Below are positions 45,256 to 56,243 of a stretch of 64,000 nucleotides of DNA, piece after piece (position 1 is the stretch's first letter; each line of letters opens with the position of its first letter). The notes below the pieces were generated by a model that did no database searches, was not told the DNA's origin, and saw nothing but the letters and a program-made list of their open reading frames with translations. This DNA is from a candidate division FCPU426 bacterium (GTDB lineage: Bacteria; Oederibacteriota; Muellerivitia; Muellerivitales; Muellerivitaceae). The position numbers and the translations under genes were made by a program. The stretch lies in the NCBI GenBank assembly GCA_963796105.1, contig CAWCKJ010000002.1, positions 421,785 through 485,784 of the forward strand. The letters run 5' to 3'.

Positions 45256-46241
45256 TATGCTTATGCACAAAGTGACCGTGCTGTAATGGGTTTTGCTAAG
45301 GCACATGCGGTCAAAGCACGGTGAAATAAGGAATCGGGATCATGACGACGGTTGAACCGATAGGCATATTCACTTAGATACCGGCCTAAATACTTAGCAT
45401 CAACGCCATGATGAGTTCCAATGATCCAGGCCTTGGCGTTGGAAATGAACCGGTGTACCCAGGGCAACCAACTTTCCAACTCTTTCGGGTCATTGGCCAT
45501 CACCCGGTAGTCTGCCTCCACTCCTTTGAGTTCACGCAAGGCTGGCGAAGCATCTGTGTTGAGGAAAGAGCCTTTTTCCATAGTCTGATTCACGAATTCC
45601 TGGCTCTCCCACTTGGTTTCCATAGCTACCTTCACCTTGGCAAAACCCGCTTTTTCCTTCTTGCAACCATTCTCATCCACCCATTCCTTGCTTTCCACCG
45701 CCACCAAGACTTCCACTTGGTTTTCCTTGGCCTTTTTCCCAAAAACCGCCCCATCCAACTCAATGACGCCCTTTAGAGTATAGCTTTCGTCCTTTTGCCT
45801 AAGACCTTCCCGGATCTTATGCAATAGAAGCCATGCCGAATGATCCGAAAGATTTAAATGCCGCTTCAGTTCCAGGGCCGAAATACCCCGTTTGCCCTGC
45901 ATCATCAAACTGATGGCCCTGACCCAGGTTAAAAGAGGCAGCTTGGAGCTTTCAAAAATCGTCCCGGCGCGAAGCCGAAGACGTTTCCGGCAATAGTCAC
46001 ATTCCCTCACTTCAGGCTTGGCCTGGTGTTGCCAGAAGCTTTCGCCCTCACATTGGGGACAAACAAAGTCTTTCCCGCCGAAACGGCATCTCCACACCCA
46101 TTGGCGGGCTTCTTCTTCCGTGTGGATTTTCCTCAGAATTTTAATGCTTTTCATCCGCTGGTAGCTCATGTACCACCTCCCGTAGCGGACAGTATACCTA
46201 TGTATTCCTTTATTTCAAGGGTCACTTAATACAGAAGCATG
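45256..46241 (-). mobile_element. IS1595-family insertion sequence, copy A (986 bp)
   Basis: Imperfect 22-bp TIR (nATGCTTnTGnAnnAAGTGACC); 8-bp TSD TTATTATT at 45248-55 and 46242-49. Confidence 0.92.
45261..46169 (-). CDS. IS1595 family DDE transposase
   Basis: Zn ribbon CPQC...CDYC, AGTIF, IELDG, NTD, GTHHGV..KYL..YL.EY.YRFNRR. Confidence 0.95.
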   Translation of the reverse strand: MSYQRMKSIKILRKIHTEEEARQWVWRCRFGGKDFVCPQCEGESFWQHQAKPEVRECDYCRKRLRLRAGTIFESSKLPLLTWVRAISLMMQGKRGISALELKRHLNLSDHSAWLLLHKIREGLRQKDESYTLKGVIELDGAVFGKKAKENQVEVLVAVESKEWVDENGCKKEKAGFAKVKVAMETKWESQEFVNQTMEKGSFLNTDASPALRELKGVEADYRVMANDPKELESWLPWVHRFISNAKAWIIGTHHGVDAKYLGRYLSEYAYRFNRRHDPDSLFHRALTACALAKPITARSLCA

Positions 46242-48208
46242 TTATTATTGGAATGCTTTCCTAAAGTTGACCCGTGACAATATTTGCATACATTTTTTTC
46301 GCGGCGCTCTCACGCGTAACAATGATTTGTCATACTATCCACTGGCTTTCATCTTAAAGTCGCCTTTGCCGTTTCTTGCGTTCTTTTTCGTAAGCGTTGT
46401 TTTAGTCTTGACCCGGAAATTGAGATTTCCGGCATGGATATGGCTGCCTCCATTGTTGTTTTTTTCCGCGTTTGTCCCTTTTCATAATGCCGGGGTACGG
46501 ATCCTGCTTCCCATTTATCCTTTTTGCATTCTCATGGCCGCTCGATGCGGCGCTTGGTTTTGGAATGTGGAAGGCTTGCGCGAAAGAAAGGTTTTTAGAT
46601 CATTGCTTATAGGGCTATTAGGCTTTCAAACGTATAGCTTGGGGTCGAGTTTTTCACGCCAAATCAGTTACTTCAATGAATTAATATCCGGGGACAGAAA
46701 AATTTATTGGTTCGGGGACGCCAACTTAGATATTGGGCAGGACACCAAGCGTTTGGCGCAAACAGCGAAAATACACGGATGGAGTCATGTCAAATTGGCT
46801 TATATGGGCCAAACCAATCCCTTGTTATATGGAATGAAATGGGATTATTGGCGGGAAAAGGATTTAACAGGCCCGCAATCCGGTTGGGTTTACGCTATTA
46901 ACGCAGAATTTATCCAGATGGGGCCGGCTTTTTTTACAGGGGGAGGCGCTATCTTGAAAAGCTGGATCATGGACAGGCCGCCCACTGGAAAAATAGGAGA
47001 CACTTGGTATTATTTCGATATTCCAGGTGTGCCTGAAAAAGATTCATCGAAAATACTCGAATCCGCTTTTGCATTTAATGGTTCTTGGGGTCCGAATCCA
47101 TAATGCTTGTGTTAACCTGAATAAATCAGGACTCAAACCGATTAGAAAGATCTGAAACTGTTCTTTTGCGTTTGGGATTAAATCCTTTCATTTACTGATT
47201 TTATTTCTTTTGTGGGGTAATTCGAATGCCCAAAGGAAGATTTGATCCTCACGGTCCCGAAATTCCCTTGTTTTTACATTTGGATATGATTTCAACAGCG
47301 CTTGTTTAAAGATCACCCCGTCGTCATCGTTGGTCACGAGGACCACTCTTGGACGGACTAAGTCGGTTCCAGGCTTATCTTGATTGAGATTGTTTTTATC
47401 CAAGGAATTGACCTCGTTGACTTGTTTGTAGGGGCAATCCCGGTCGAGAAACTGGACCACGCTTGAGTTCACCTCCCAATGTATGAATAAATCACTATTA
47501 GCAGAGTATTCCCGGATTATCTCGGCGATGGTGATCTGCCTGAACCCCAATTCCCCCCATAAGCCTTTTCTTGGAAAATCGTGATAAAAAATATAACTAT
47601 TCCAGGACGCAGCCGCGAGAATGGCTATACACCCGAGAAAGATCCCGATTTTTTTAATCATTAGATCACAGCCGTTGACCCATCCAACCAAAGCGTTTAA
47701 CCCATAAGCCACGCCCCAGAAAACAAATGGAAGAAGGCAGAAGAGCCTCTGGCCGTTGACATAATCCTGACTCGGTTTATCCCCTAGGGCCGCCATGGCG
47801 TTGGCGGGAAGTGTTGCCATCAGACCCAGAATCAGGATTTGAGAAGGCCTTTCCCTCCAGATCCGAACCGCCAAGACCAGACCTATGAAGAAAAGACCGC
47901 TGGTAAGGCGGTCAAAGAGGGGTACCCCGGCCAGTCCGAAACGATCGTCCATGCCGAAAACGGCGAATGGGGAGAGCAAGGTAAAAGCCAGGGTCTTTAA
48001 AGGGAAGAGGTAGTTATGGGTTTTTTGCACGTAAGAAATCACGCTCAACTCAGTGACCCGGTAAAAAAAACTGTCGTGATTAGAGTAGGGATGCTGAATG
48101 ATCCACGGCAGGAATGGGCCCAATATCCATAAAAGCCCTCCCAGCCAGGGGATCCAACCCCAAGGTTTTTCTTTACCCCGTAATCCGTTTTTATCAATTA
48201 CAAAGTGA

Positions 48209-49196
48209 AATGCCTCTCCAAACGGTACCTGTTGAAATAAAGGAATACAGGAGTATACTCATTGTTGGAGGGGCAAATTATGAACTACCAACGGATGAAG
48301 GGGATTGAGATTTTCAAGGAAATCGATACAGAAGAAAAGGCACGTCAATGGGTGTGGAAGAGCCGTTTTGCCGGAAAAGACTTTGTTTGCCCACAATGTG
48401 AAGGAGAAAGTTTCTGGCAACACAAAAACCGCCCCGAAGTGCGGGAATGTGACTATTGTCGAAAGCAAATACGGCTTCGAGCCGGAACGATCTTCCGGAA
48501 ATCCAAGATCCCAATCTTAACCTGGTTGAGGATGATTGGATTGGTGATGCAAGGGAAAAGGGGCATTTCAGCCCTGGAACTTCAGCGGCAATTGGGAATG
48601 CCCTCCTACGATACCGTTTGGAGGATGTTGCATAAGATTCGGGAAAGTCTTCGACAAAGGGATGAAAATTACCAACTCAAGGAAATCATTGAGTTGGATG
48701 GGGCTGTATTCGGCAAGAGAGAAAAGGAAAACCAGGCTGAAGTGCTGGTGGCGGTTGAAAGCAAAGAATGGATAGATGAGAAAGGGCGCAAAAAAGAGAA
48801 AGCGGGTTTTGCAAAGATAAAGGTGACCGCAGAAACCAAGTGGGAAGCCCAAGCATTCGTCGATCAAGCAATCCAGAAAGGCGCCATGATAAACACGGAT
48901 GCCAGTCCCAGCTTGAGAAACTTGGAAAACGTGGATGTGGAGTACCAGGTAACAGCCAATGACCCAGTGGTGTTAAATCACTGGTTACCTTGGGTCCACC
49001 GATTCATTTCCAACGCCAAGGCTTGGATCCTAGGAACCCATCATGGAGTCAACGTGAAATATCTGCCTGGATACTTGAGCGAATATACTTATCGGTTCAA
49101 TCGTCGCCATGACCCAGATTCCTTATTTCACCGGGCCTTAACCGCTTGCGCTTTGGCAAAACCCATTACTGCGCAAGCGTTGTTCGGATAGGCATG
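48209..49196 (+). mobile_element. IS1595-family insertion sequence, copy B (988 bp)
   Basis: Imperfect 15-bp TIR (nATGCCTnTCCnAAC); 8-bp TSD CAAAGTGA at 48201-08 and 49197-204. Confidence 0.92.
48280..49191 (+). CDS. IS1595 family DDE transposase
   Basis: Same motifs as copy A, related but not identical; SD GGAGG before ATG 48280. Confidence 0.95.
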   Translation: MNYQRMKGIEIFKEIDTEEKARQWVWKSRFAGKDFVCPQCEGESFWQHKNRPEVRECDYCRKQIRLRAGTIFRKSKIPILTWLRMIGLVMQGKRGISALELQRQLGMPSYDTVWRMLHKIRESLRQRDENYQLKEIIELDGAVFGKREKENQAEVLVAVESKEWIDEKGRKKEKAGFAKIKVTAETKWEAQAFVDQAIQKGAMINTDASPSLRNLENVDVEYQVTANDPVVLNHWLPWVHRFISNAKAWILGTHHGVNVKYLPGYLSEYTYRFNRRHDPDSLFHRALTACALAKPITAQALFG

Positions 49197-50397
49197 CAAA
49201 GTGAATAACCCCACCCCAAGCCGCCACCAGGAACGGTACGCATCTTCCCCAGACATAGGTCATCAGAGTCATGCCTGAAACTGCTCCGGACCACCAGTAA
49301 AACCCTGTCTTTTTTTCCCTGAGGGCTTTATCCAAGAAATAAAAAGAGGACACCATTCCCAGGTCCTGGACCATCATGGGAAAGGTGACAAAACTTCCCC
49401 AAAGGAACCACCATGAAACGGACATCAGGAATGTGGCGGTTAGGCAGGCGGCGGAATTGAAATATAAACGAGTCCATTTATAAAAAATAACGAGTAGCGC
49501 AAGGGATAGCAGTGATGAAAAAGCCCTGCCTCCCGCCAAGGAGGCCCCGAAAATCCTCAAGCCGTCGGCCAAAAGTGAAAATTCAAAAGTGGCCCGGCCC
49601 CACCACCCTGTGGCAAAGGGGGAAGCGTCATGGTTATGGATCATGTCATAGGCGGCGTTTAGGTCGTTGGCTTCGTCTATTTGGAAACCCGTGAAATTTT
49701 GGGAAAGGAAGGGAAAGCGAATGAGAGCGGCCATCAAAACAAGGAGACCCAGTAACCATTCCGGCCTCAAGCTTGTCCCAAAACTCATGGGAACCGTCCG
49801 GGCCAAATTTTTTCTCCAGACAAGAAACGCGCTTGCGCCCAGGAACAGAAGGCCTCCTCTTAAGACTTGATCATGGAAAAACCATTCTGCCAGAAACATG
49901 CAGGCGAGAAGGACGGCCAAGAACCGATATGATGGTTTCGCGGAGGTTTTTTTATTGACGACTTTCTTGGATGAAAGGGAGCGATTCGTGGGTGTTTTCA
50001 ATTTTGGAAAAACTGGAAAGGCGCTAATGGCAACTAAGAAGGAGAGTGCCTGGCAGAACCCGCCCCAAAACCATTGGGTATTCTCCGCCCGCCAGAGGAA
50101 GGCTCCCACTAGGGTGAAAAAAATTGACAGCCATACCCGCACGCGGGAATAGGGAAAATGAATACCACGAATAAAGGGCGGGTTAAAGCCCCTGAAGGCC
50201 TTCCGCAGCGACATTGCCAACAGAGCGCAAGAAATAAAAAAACCGAGACGCTCCCGCCTGCCGCCACACTTAGAGAAGGCGGAACCAGCGCGAATAGGGC
50301 GAGAAGAAGAATCGGCAACGGGGATAATTTTTTTATTTGAAGGAAAAAATTCAGCATCAGTTCTGCTCTCCTGGGGAAAGACGATTAATTCATGGCT

Positions 50398-51078
50398 TTA
50401 CGGGGATTGCGGGGTGAATTTCAATTCAACCCAATCCAATCCGCATTGAGTGTTATCGATATCACAAGGATCCGCTGAAAGGACGAGCTCTTTTACTCCT
50501 TGGACAGAAACCGAAATGGGATAAGCATCCAGATACTGGTACAACTTGGGACTCCTGAAAATTTCCCGTCCGTCGGCCAAGATGGCGCAAATCGCGCCGT
50601 GATTTTCCTTTGAATACTCGTCAATGCCGGCCCCGCAAGAGAAGCGGCTTATTTTTCCTTGGAGGTCGAAAGAGATCTTGGACGGGGCTTGAGTGCCCAG
50701 GCCCTCTGGATAGTTGAAGCCGTTGATTTCAAGTTTTCTCCCATTCGTGTTTTGGTTTTGGGCCGGGGGAGTGGAGGCGTCCTCGTGAAGGGGACTTAAA
50801 TCCCCCAAACGTCCGGAGAACCCCCATTTGGCCCTGATGCCGTCCACTGTCAAGTTTAGGACATGCCTCTGGAAATTATCCTTTCCTGTCCAGGTTCGTA
50901 ACATCCTCACGAGAGGATAAGGAAGGAGGCAAAAGATGTAAATCGAGAGGGAGATGGAGAAAATCCATCTTAAAACCAATTCGCATTTTTGCGCGAGGGG
51001 AAATTTCCACCTAGAGTCTGTTTGACCTTCGGGTTCAAGAACGGATTTCGTTTCCGAGAATGGCGGCAGTTTAGGCAT
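50398..51078 (-). CDS. Membrane-anchored NPCBM/NEW2 carbohydrate-binding domain protein
   Basis: TM helix followed by GLGTQAPSKISFDL..RF..GAGID...ADGREIFRS...V.GVKELVL. Confidence 0.75.
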   Translation of the reverse strand: MPKLPPFSETKSVLEPEGQTDSRWKFPLAQKCELVLRWIFSISLSIYIFCLLPYPLVRMLRTWTGKDNFQRHVLNLTVDGIRAKWGFSGRLGDLSPLHEDASTPPAQNQNTNGRKLEINGFNYPEGLGTQAPSKISFDLQGKISRFSCGAGIDEYSKENHGAICAILADGREIFRSPKLYQYLDAYPISVSVQGVKELVLSADPCDIDNTQCGLDWVELKFTPQSP

Positions 51079-53514
51079 TTATTTCTCGCCCCCTGAGCAT
51101 GGTTTTAAGTCGCCTGGGGGGATTGGAACCCAGCCCCCGGGGTCATGCCGCAGCAGTTTCAAGCTGGCGTCCCATGATTTAGCCTTATATCGGATTCTGA
51201 ACGGAAACCAACCGCCGCCCGGAGGTTGGACGATCTCTTGTTTCGGCTGGTCGCTGATTCCCTGGTGGAATTTACGGCCCGCCAGGATTCCCTCGACTTC
51301 GCCGGCTGTTTCCAAAGCCACAGGTACTCCCGCGGGATCGTAAAGGCGCCCCTTGGCTTCGAAATAGGCCACTTTTTCGTAAGGAAAAGGTCCGCTTTCC
51401 GGCGTTGAGTTGAACCAATAAATCCACTTTGAGAAAAAAGTGGGCATGAACCATTGCCCGAGTTTCTTGTTGCGGGAATCATACCAGACCAATTCTAGTC
51501 CGCCTGGCGGCGGTCTTTTTTTCAAGGCGGGGGTTTTCCGGACCTGCCCAGGACTGATTTCCCAGAGCCGAAATTGGACATCCCCGAAGGGATTTAAAAA
51601 AAGTTTCGGGGTGGAATCAGGATAATAGAATCGAATCCAATCCTGGAACGCCCGGCCTAATTCATCCGTTAGCAGGAGGACGGCACCTTTTTCAGGAGTC
51701 TTTTCAAGTGGAAGCGTCGATTGGGGGTTAAATAGCATGTAATTGGCCCTGCCGGGTCTCTCGTCAAATGCGCCCACTTGTTTAGTTCCCCAATAGCCGT
51801 CAGGAATGTATTTGTCCCAGCCAGGGCCGTATTGGGAAAGGATTTTCCCGGCCAGGACGTCATCCCCGAAACTTGTGGACCAAGTCAACCTGCTTTTCGG
51901 AAGCCGGTTGAAAAAAGAGTCATAGTGCCAACTTACTGAAATAGCCGTGATCAAAACCAGGAACAGGCCGGAAAGGATGCGGCCAGATCCTCCCAGGGGA
52001 GACGCGATGACCCGGCTGAGGCGGTCCAAGCCGATTCCGGCAATGGCGAAAACGAACGGCGCGGCCGCAAGCGCCCTGACCGGATGGGTGGGATCTTCCG
52101 TCAAGGCGACCGTGGCGAACGCCCCGAAAAATCCGAGTAAAAGCAAAGCCGTCGCTGGCTTCAGGAAGCGCCAAAGGCACCAAGCGAATCCAACCGACAG
52201 ACAGAGGGTTTCCCAAGGGCTTAAAAAGGGGTCATACCTCAAGCTGAAAAACGAGTCAACACTGGATACGACTCCCAGGCACCATAGGCTCCTTGCTAGG
52301 TTGTGCCAAAAAAGGTGGAAATCGCCGGAATGGATCATGGACGGGATCAGGCTGACTTGGTTCATCCTTTGGCCCCAATAACCCAATCCCAGGGGATTCC
52401 AACCCCATCCGGATAGGATGTTGTTGACCATTGAGGGAAGGAACCAAAGAAGGAATGAGCCCCATGCCAGGGCCCAGGATCCCTTGCAGACGTAAAAATC
52501 GCGGGGACGGACAGCGCCATAGGCCAGCGTCATCAGTATGAAAAGAATGAGGACAAACCGTGAGGAAAGATAGGTGTACTGAAGAAGGGAAAGGGTGGTC
52601 CCGAATAATATGAAATCGGAAGGCCTTCCCTTTTCGAGAGCCTTGGCGAAAAAGTAAAGCGAGGCGGCTTCCAGCGCGACCAGGATGCTGCTTCCCATGT
52701 GCGGCATTCGACCCATGAATACGATCCAGGGAGAGGTGGCATAGAGGAGGGCGCCCGCCAAGGCGGAAGGTTTGGAAAGGTAAAACCTTAGGAAAGCGTG
52801 GAAAAATAAAAATCCAATTGTATTGACCACCGCGAAAACCGCGGAGGCCTTCAAGGGAGTGGCTCCCAGGAACTTAAAAACCATTCCGATTAAAAACGCG
52901 GGGAATAGCGGATTCTCCCCGTGACCCTCGGTGAAGGGGGTATTGTATAGGTTGAAACTAAATTCCCGGGCCGCCTCGAATGTGTCGCAGCTTTCCCCGT
53001 GCATGATATTGGGCCATTGGTTCAGCCTATAAAAAAGAAAAAAAGAACCGAAAAGGAAAACCAAGGCCGTAGGCCCAACCCCTTTCCACCAGTTCGAGGA
53101 AGGATCAGTTTGATTTTTCCAAAAAACCTCGGATTGGGATTCGAGGAAAACCAATATCCCGCCCATTGAGACCAAGGAAAGCACTGTCGAAAGCCAGGCC
53201 CCCGCGAAATAACTTTGGTAGGAGACGCCTAAAAGCCCCAGGATCATCGCGCTTGCCACCAGCGACCCAATCCAAGGCCATTCCAGGTTTCCGCTTAATT
53301 CTTTCAGGGGATTACGGGGGAAAAAGCCCAAGCCGGGTTTGGCGGATGCCAAAGGGAGGATCCGGCGAAGGGCGAGAACCCAAAGGATAATGCCAGTTAC
53401 AGTCAGATAAAGGTGAAAGTGGGTAAATATAAGGAAAGCCCCTGAACAAAAGACTGCCAGAATGTATCGAATTCCGCGTTTACTTGGCAATTCTAATGGC
53501 TGTTCTGGAATCAA
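51079..53514 (-). CDS. ArnT/PMT-like (GT-C) glycosyltransferase with soluble C-terminal domain
   Basis: Many TM helices, YRL..WP...HGE, YTYLSSR; C-terminal GLELVWY...FRIRY...GWVPIP resembling PA14. Confidence 0.75.
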   Translation of the reverse strand: MIPEQPLELPSKRGIRYILAVFCSGAFLIFTHFHLYLTVTGIILWVLALRRILPLASAKPGLGFFPRNPLKELSGNLEWPWIGSLVASAMILGLLGVSYQSYFAGAWLSTVLSLVSMGGILVFLESQSEVFWKNQTDPSSNWWKGVGPTALVFLFGSFFLFYRLNQWPNIMHGESCDTFEAAREFSFNLYNTPFTEGHGENPLFPAFLIGMVFKFLGATPLKASAVFAVVNTIGFLFFHAFLRFYLSKPSALAGALLYATSPWIVFMGRMPHMGSSILVALEAASLYFFAKALEKGRPSDFILFGTTLSLLQYTYLSSRFVLILFILMTLAYGAVRPRDFYVCKGSWALAWGSFLLWFLPSMVNNILSGWGWNPLGLGYWGQRMNQVSLIPSMIHSGDFHLFWHNLARSLWCLGVVSSVDSFFSLRYDPFLSPWETLCLSVGFAWCLWRFLKPATALLLLGFFGAFATVALTEDPTHPVRALAAAPFVFAIAGIGLDRLSRVIASPLGGSGRILSGLFLVLITAISVSWHYDSFFNRLPKSRLTWSTSFGDDVLAGKILSQYGPGWDKYIPDGYWGTKQVGAFDERPGRANYMLFNPQSTLPLEKTPEKGAVLLLTDELGRAFQDWIRFYYPDSTPKLFLNPFGDVQFRLWEISPGQVRKTPALKKRPPPGGLELVWYDSRNKKLGQWFMPTFFSKWIYWFNSTPESGPFPYEKVAYFEAKGRLYDPAGVPVALETAGEVEGILAGRKFHQGISDQPKQEIVQPPGGGWFPFRIRYKAKSWDASLKLLRHDPGGWVPIPPGDLKPCSGGEK

Positions 53515-53776
53515 AACCTCTCCCTATCTCGTTCGAGAATATCACTTAAAACTTCAAATGTATGAGCTGTATCATTTTGTTAGGGCCCGAATATTTTTAC
53601 TCTTGTTCATAAGATGTCAAATTCATTTTGACAAAACTTTTCAATAAGCATGAATTTACCGTCTTGTGGGGAATCAATGGCCGGAGTATCATCCGGCCTG
53701 TCTGTTGAAAAGATAGTGGCTTATTCAAAAGGCCTTCTCTTCACTGGAGCCGGCCGACAAATTTAAGGGGGAAAAT

Positions 53777-54376
53777 ATGGGCGGGGAAAATGAGTCGATG
53801 AAGATCGCGGACACTACGGCCAATCCGGCTCCTTTGGGGCTCCTGGGTTTTGGCATGACGACAGTACTGCTGAATTTCCATAACGCGGGATTCTATAAAT
53901 TGGATTCCACCATCTTGGCCATGGGAATATTTTACGGGGGAATAGCCCAGGTGATCGCGGGAGTCCAGGAGTGGAAAAAGAACAATACCTTCGGGGCCAC
54001 GGCCTTCACATCGTATGGATTTTTCTGGATGACTTTAGTTGCACTCTTGACCCTCCCTAAACTGACGTTCCTGGGCTGGGAAGGTCCCAGCGGAGCCTCC
54101 ATGGCGGCCTATCTCGGGATGTGGGGCCTGTTCACGCTGGTTATGTTCGTGGGAACCCTCAAACTCAACCGCGCGCTTCAATTGGTTTTCGGATCGCTGA
54201 CAATTCTTTTCTTTATGCTCGCGGTCGAAAAGGCCACGGGCAGCGAGGAGCTTGGCCAGATGGCCGGTTATGTAGGTATCGCATGCGGCCTTTCAGCCAT
54301 CTATACCGGCTTGGCCCAAGTTTTGAACGAGGTTTATGGCAGGGTGGTTTGGCCCATCTGCCCCGTGAAGAAATAA
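53777..54376 (+). CDS. satP: Acetate/succinate transporter SatP (GPR1/FUN34/YaaH)
   Basis: [34 protein letters not shown]. Start may be ATG 53798. Confidence 0.93.
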   Translation: MGGENESMKIADTTANPAPLGLLGFGMTTVLLNFHNAGFYKLDSTILAMGIFYGGIAQVIAGVQEWKKNNTFGATAFTSYGFFWMTLVALLTLPKLTFLGWEGPSGASMAAYLGMWGLFTLVMFVGTLKLNRALQLVFGSLTILFFMLAVEKATGSEELGQMAGYVGIACGLSAIYTGLAQVLNEVYGRVVWPICPVKK

Positions 54377-54412
54377 GACGCTAATTCCAGAATATTTTCA
54401 TTTCTCAAAATT

Positions 54413-54447
54413 AAAGCCTCTCGGTTTAAAACCGGGAGGCTTTTTTT
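54413..54447 (+). terminator. Rho-independent terminator
   Basis: AAAGCCTCTCGGTTT-a-AAACCGGGAGGCTTTTTTT (GC-rich stem plus T run). Confidence 0.85.
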
Positions 54448-54635
54448 GTTCAACGACAAGAAACATTGGGTTTAAAGGAAATCCTAAGCGCCTTAATTGG
54501 AAACGAATTTTATGCTTTTTAATTTAGGATTGGAGACTTAAGATTATTCCGCTTTAGGTTTTGGGCCAGGTTTTCACGAATTTTAAAATTCTTTGGATCT
54601 GATTTTTCGTTTTTATTCCGTTTGAAAGGACTTGT

Positions 54636-56132
54636 ATGAAAAATAAAGCGTGTTTGATCGTCTTGACTTTTATTGCCATTTCGCTTTTAGGCTCGAAAGT
54701 TCATGCCTACAGCGCGGGTGATTATTACAACGCGGGGCTCAAATTTTATAACAGCCAGAATTACGCCCAGGCCATACAGTATTTCAACGCGGCCATCAGC
54801 ATGGATCCAAATAATACCGGGGCCCTTCAAGGGCGGGCCAACTGCTATTACGCCCAGGGCCAATTCCAGCAGGCCTTGGATGATTATCAAAAGGTCCAAG
54901 CTTTACAGCCGAACCCTCAGTTGGCTTCGATGATCCAGTCGTTACAGGCGAAATTGGGCAATGCGGCACCCGCGGCCGCGCCGCCGGTTGGGGCTCCGGC
55001 GGCTCAAGTGGTTGCCCAGACCGCCACTGCTTTTGACCAGGGTGTGGCCCTGTACCAACAGAAAAAATACCAGGACGCTATTCCTGAGCTCCAAGAGGCG
55101 GTCCGGGAAAATCCTTTCGACGGCAAGGCTTATTACTACCTGGGCCTGGCCCAGATGATGTCGGGCGATCAAAGAGGTGCATGCGTGGACCTGACCCTTT
55201 CGGACCAGAAATTGCCCAACCCCTCGGTAAAGCAGTATGCCGATCAACTGAAGGCGCGTTTATCTCCTGACGACCAGAATTGGGTGAACGGCCAATTGGA
55301 GGCGTCGGCGACGGTCACCAATGCCAGAAGCGCCGTCACTAAAGGTAAGGGTGTACGGATTATGCCGGCCATTGTCTCTTTCGGCTTGGCTGATTTCACC
55401 ACGAACGCGCAAAGCTGGATGGCCGTTACCAAAGCGGAGCAAAACATTGATCCCACTTGCCAATATTCCGGTTCTGTTCCCAGTGCGGCGGCAAATATTG
55501 GGCTGGAGGCGGATTTTCGGGTGAACCCGCAATTTGAATTTGGAATTCCTATTTGCATCATGCCGGTTGGAACTATCTCTGACAGCATTCAAAACGGAAG
55601 CGGAACTTTCAATTTAACGGATTCATTTAGCGTGGTGGGTTTTGCCTTCGGGATTGACGCAAGGTACTTTATTACGAAGGGGGATGTCCAACCCTGGATC
55701 GCTGCCGGCCCCCTTCTGGTGGGTGGTTCCATAAATTATAACTACGAACTTGTAGAACCCTCGGGTTCTGCTTCGTTCACTGGGCCATTCTCGGGTATTG
55801 GATTCGGAGGCCAGGGCCAAGTCGGATTGGACATGCATTTTGGAGAATCTTTTGTACTTTCCGTGTTCGGCGGGTACATTTCGGCTTCCTCCAGTAATTT
55901 TAGTGGAACGATTGGAAACTCTAACGTCACAGGTGTCACATCCGGTTCGAGTTCCCAATTGATGCTTGTTCCCACAAGCCAAGGAAAAGTCATCGTGCCT
56001 GTGGCAAACAACGTTCTTTGCGTTCCCGCCTACGGCATAATGGCGGGCGCCCCTGTGCCATCGGGTTCAACTACATTCACTTTGGATACCAGCGGGCCCG
56101 AGGGTGGGCTCAGTTTTTCCTATTATTTTTAA
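54636..56132 (+). CDS. Secreted TPR-repeat protein with C-terminal outer-membrane beta-barrel
   Basis: Signal peptide ...VHA; two TPR clusters; OmpW-like amphipathic strands ending GGLSFSYYF. Confidence 0.75.
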   Translation: MKNKACLIVLTFIAISLLGSKVHAYSAGDYYNAGLKFYNSQNYAQAIQYFNAAISMDPNNTGALQGRANCYYAQGQFQQALDDYQKVQALQPNPQLASMIQSLQAKLGNAAPAAAPPVGAPAAQVVAQTATAFDQGVALYQQKKYQDAIPELQEAVRENPFDGKAYYYLGLAQMMSGDQRGACVDLTLSDQKLPNPSVKQYADQLKARLSPDDQNWVNGQLEASATVTNARSAVTKGKGVRIMPAIVSFGLADFTTNAQSWMAVTKAEQNIDPTCQYSGSVPSAAANIGLEADFRVNPQFEFGIPICIMPVGTISDSIQNGSGTFNLTDSFSVVGFAFGIDARYFITKGDVQPWIAAGPLLVGGSINYNYELVEPSGSASFTGPFSGIGFGGQGQVGLDMHFGESFVLSVFGGYISASSSNFSGTIGNSNVTGVTSGSSSQLMLVPTSQGKVIVPVANNVLCVPAYGIMAGAPVPSGSTTFTLDTSGPEGGLSFSYYF

Positions 56133-56208
56133 AAACGGGAATACAGGCCAGTCAATAAAGTTTGAAATGAGGATTTAAACCGAAACGGTTTTATCGGCTG
56201 TTTAATCG

Positions 56209-56243
56209 AAGCCCTGCGGGTAAACACCGATGGGGCTTTTTTT
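56209..56243 (+). terminator. Probable intrinsic terminator between convergent genes
   Basis: AAGCCC...GGGCTTTTTTT imperfect hairpin. Confidence 0.5.

Larger units (their letters stand above)
44445..47103 (+). pseudogene. ArnT/PMT-like (GT-C) glycosyltransferase interrupted by IS1595
   Basis: N-terminal half has DSPAGDE and LALTIKFSALL. Removing the IS and one TSD restores ...HHWPFYYY-W-NAFLKLTRDN... in frame with ORF 46267-47103 (YYPLAFILKSP, GDANLDIGQD). Confidence 0.85.
47188..50357 (-). pseudogene. ArnT/PMT-like (GT-C) glycosyltransferase interrupted by IS1595, with a further frameshift near 50236-50242
   Basis: LIRF...GFQIDEA motif. Removing the IS restores ...GGVIHF-V-IDKNGLRG... in frame with ORF 47188-48123. 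The SD AGGAG-led ATG at 50357 joins the main frame if the T7 run is T8. Confidence 0.8.
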
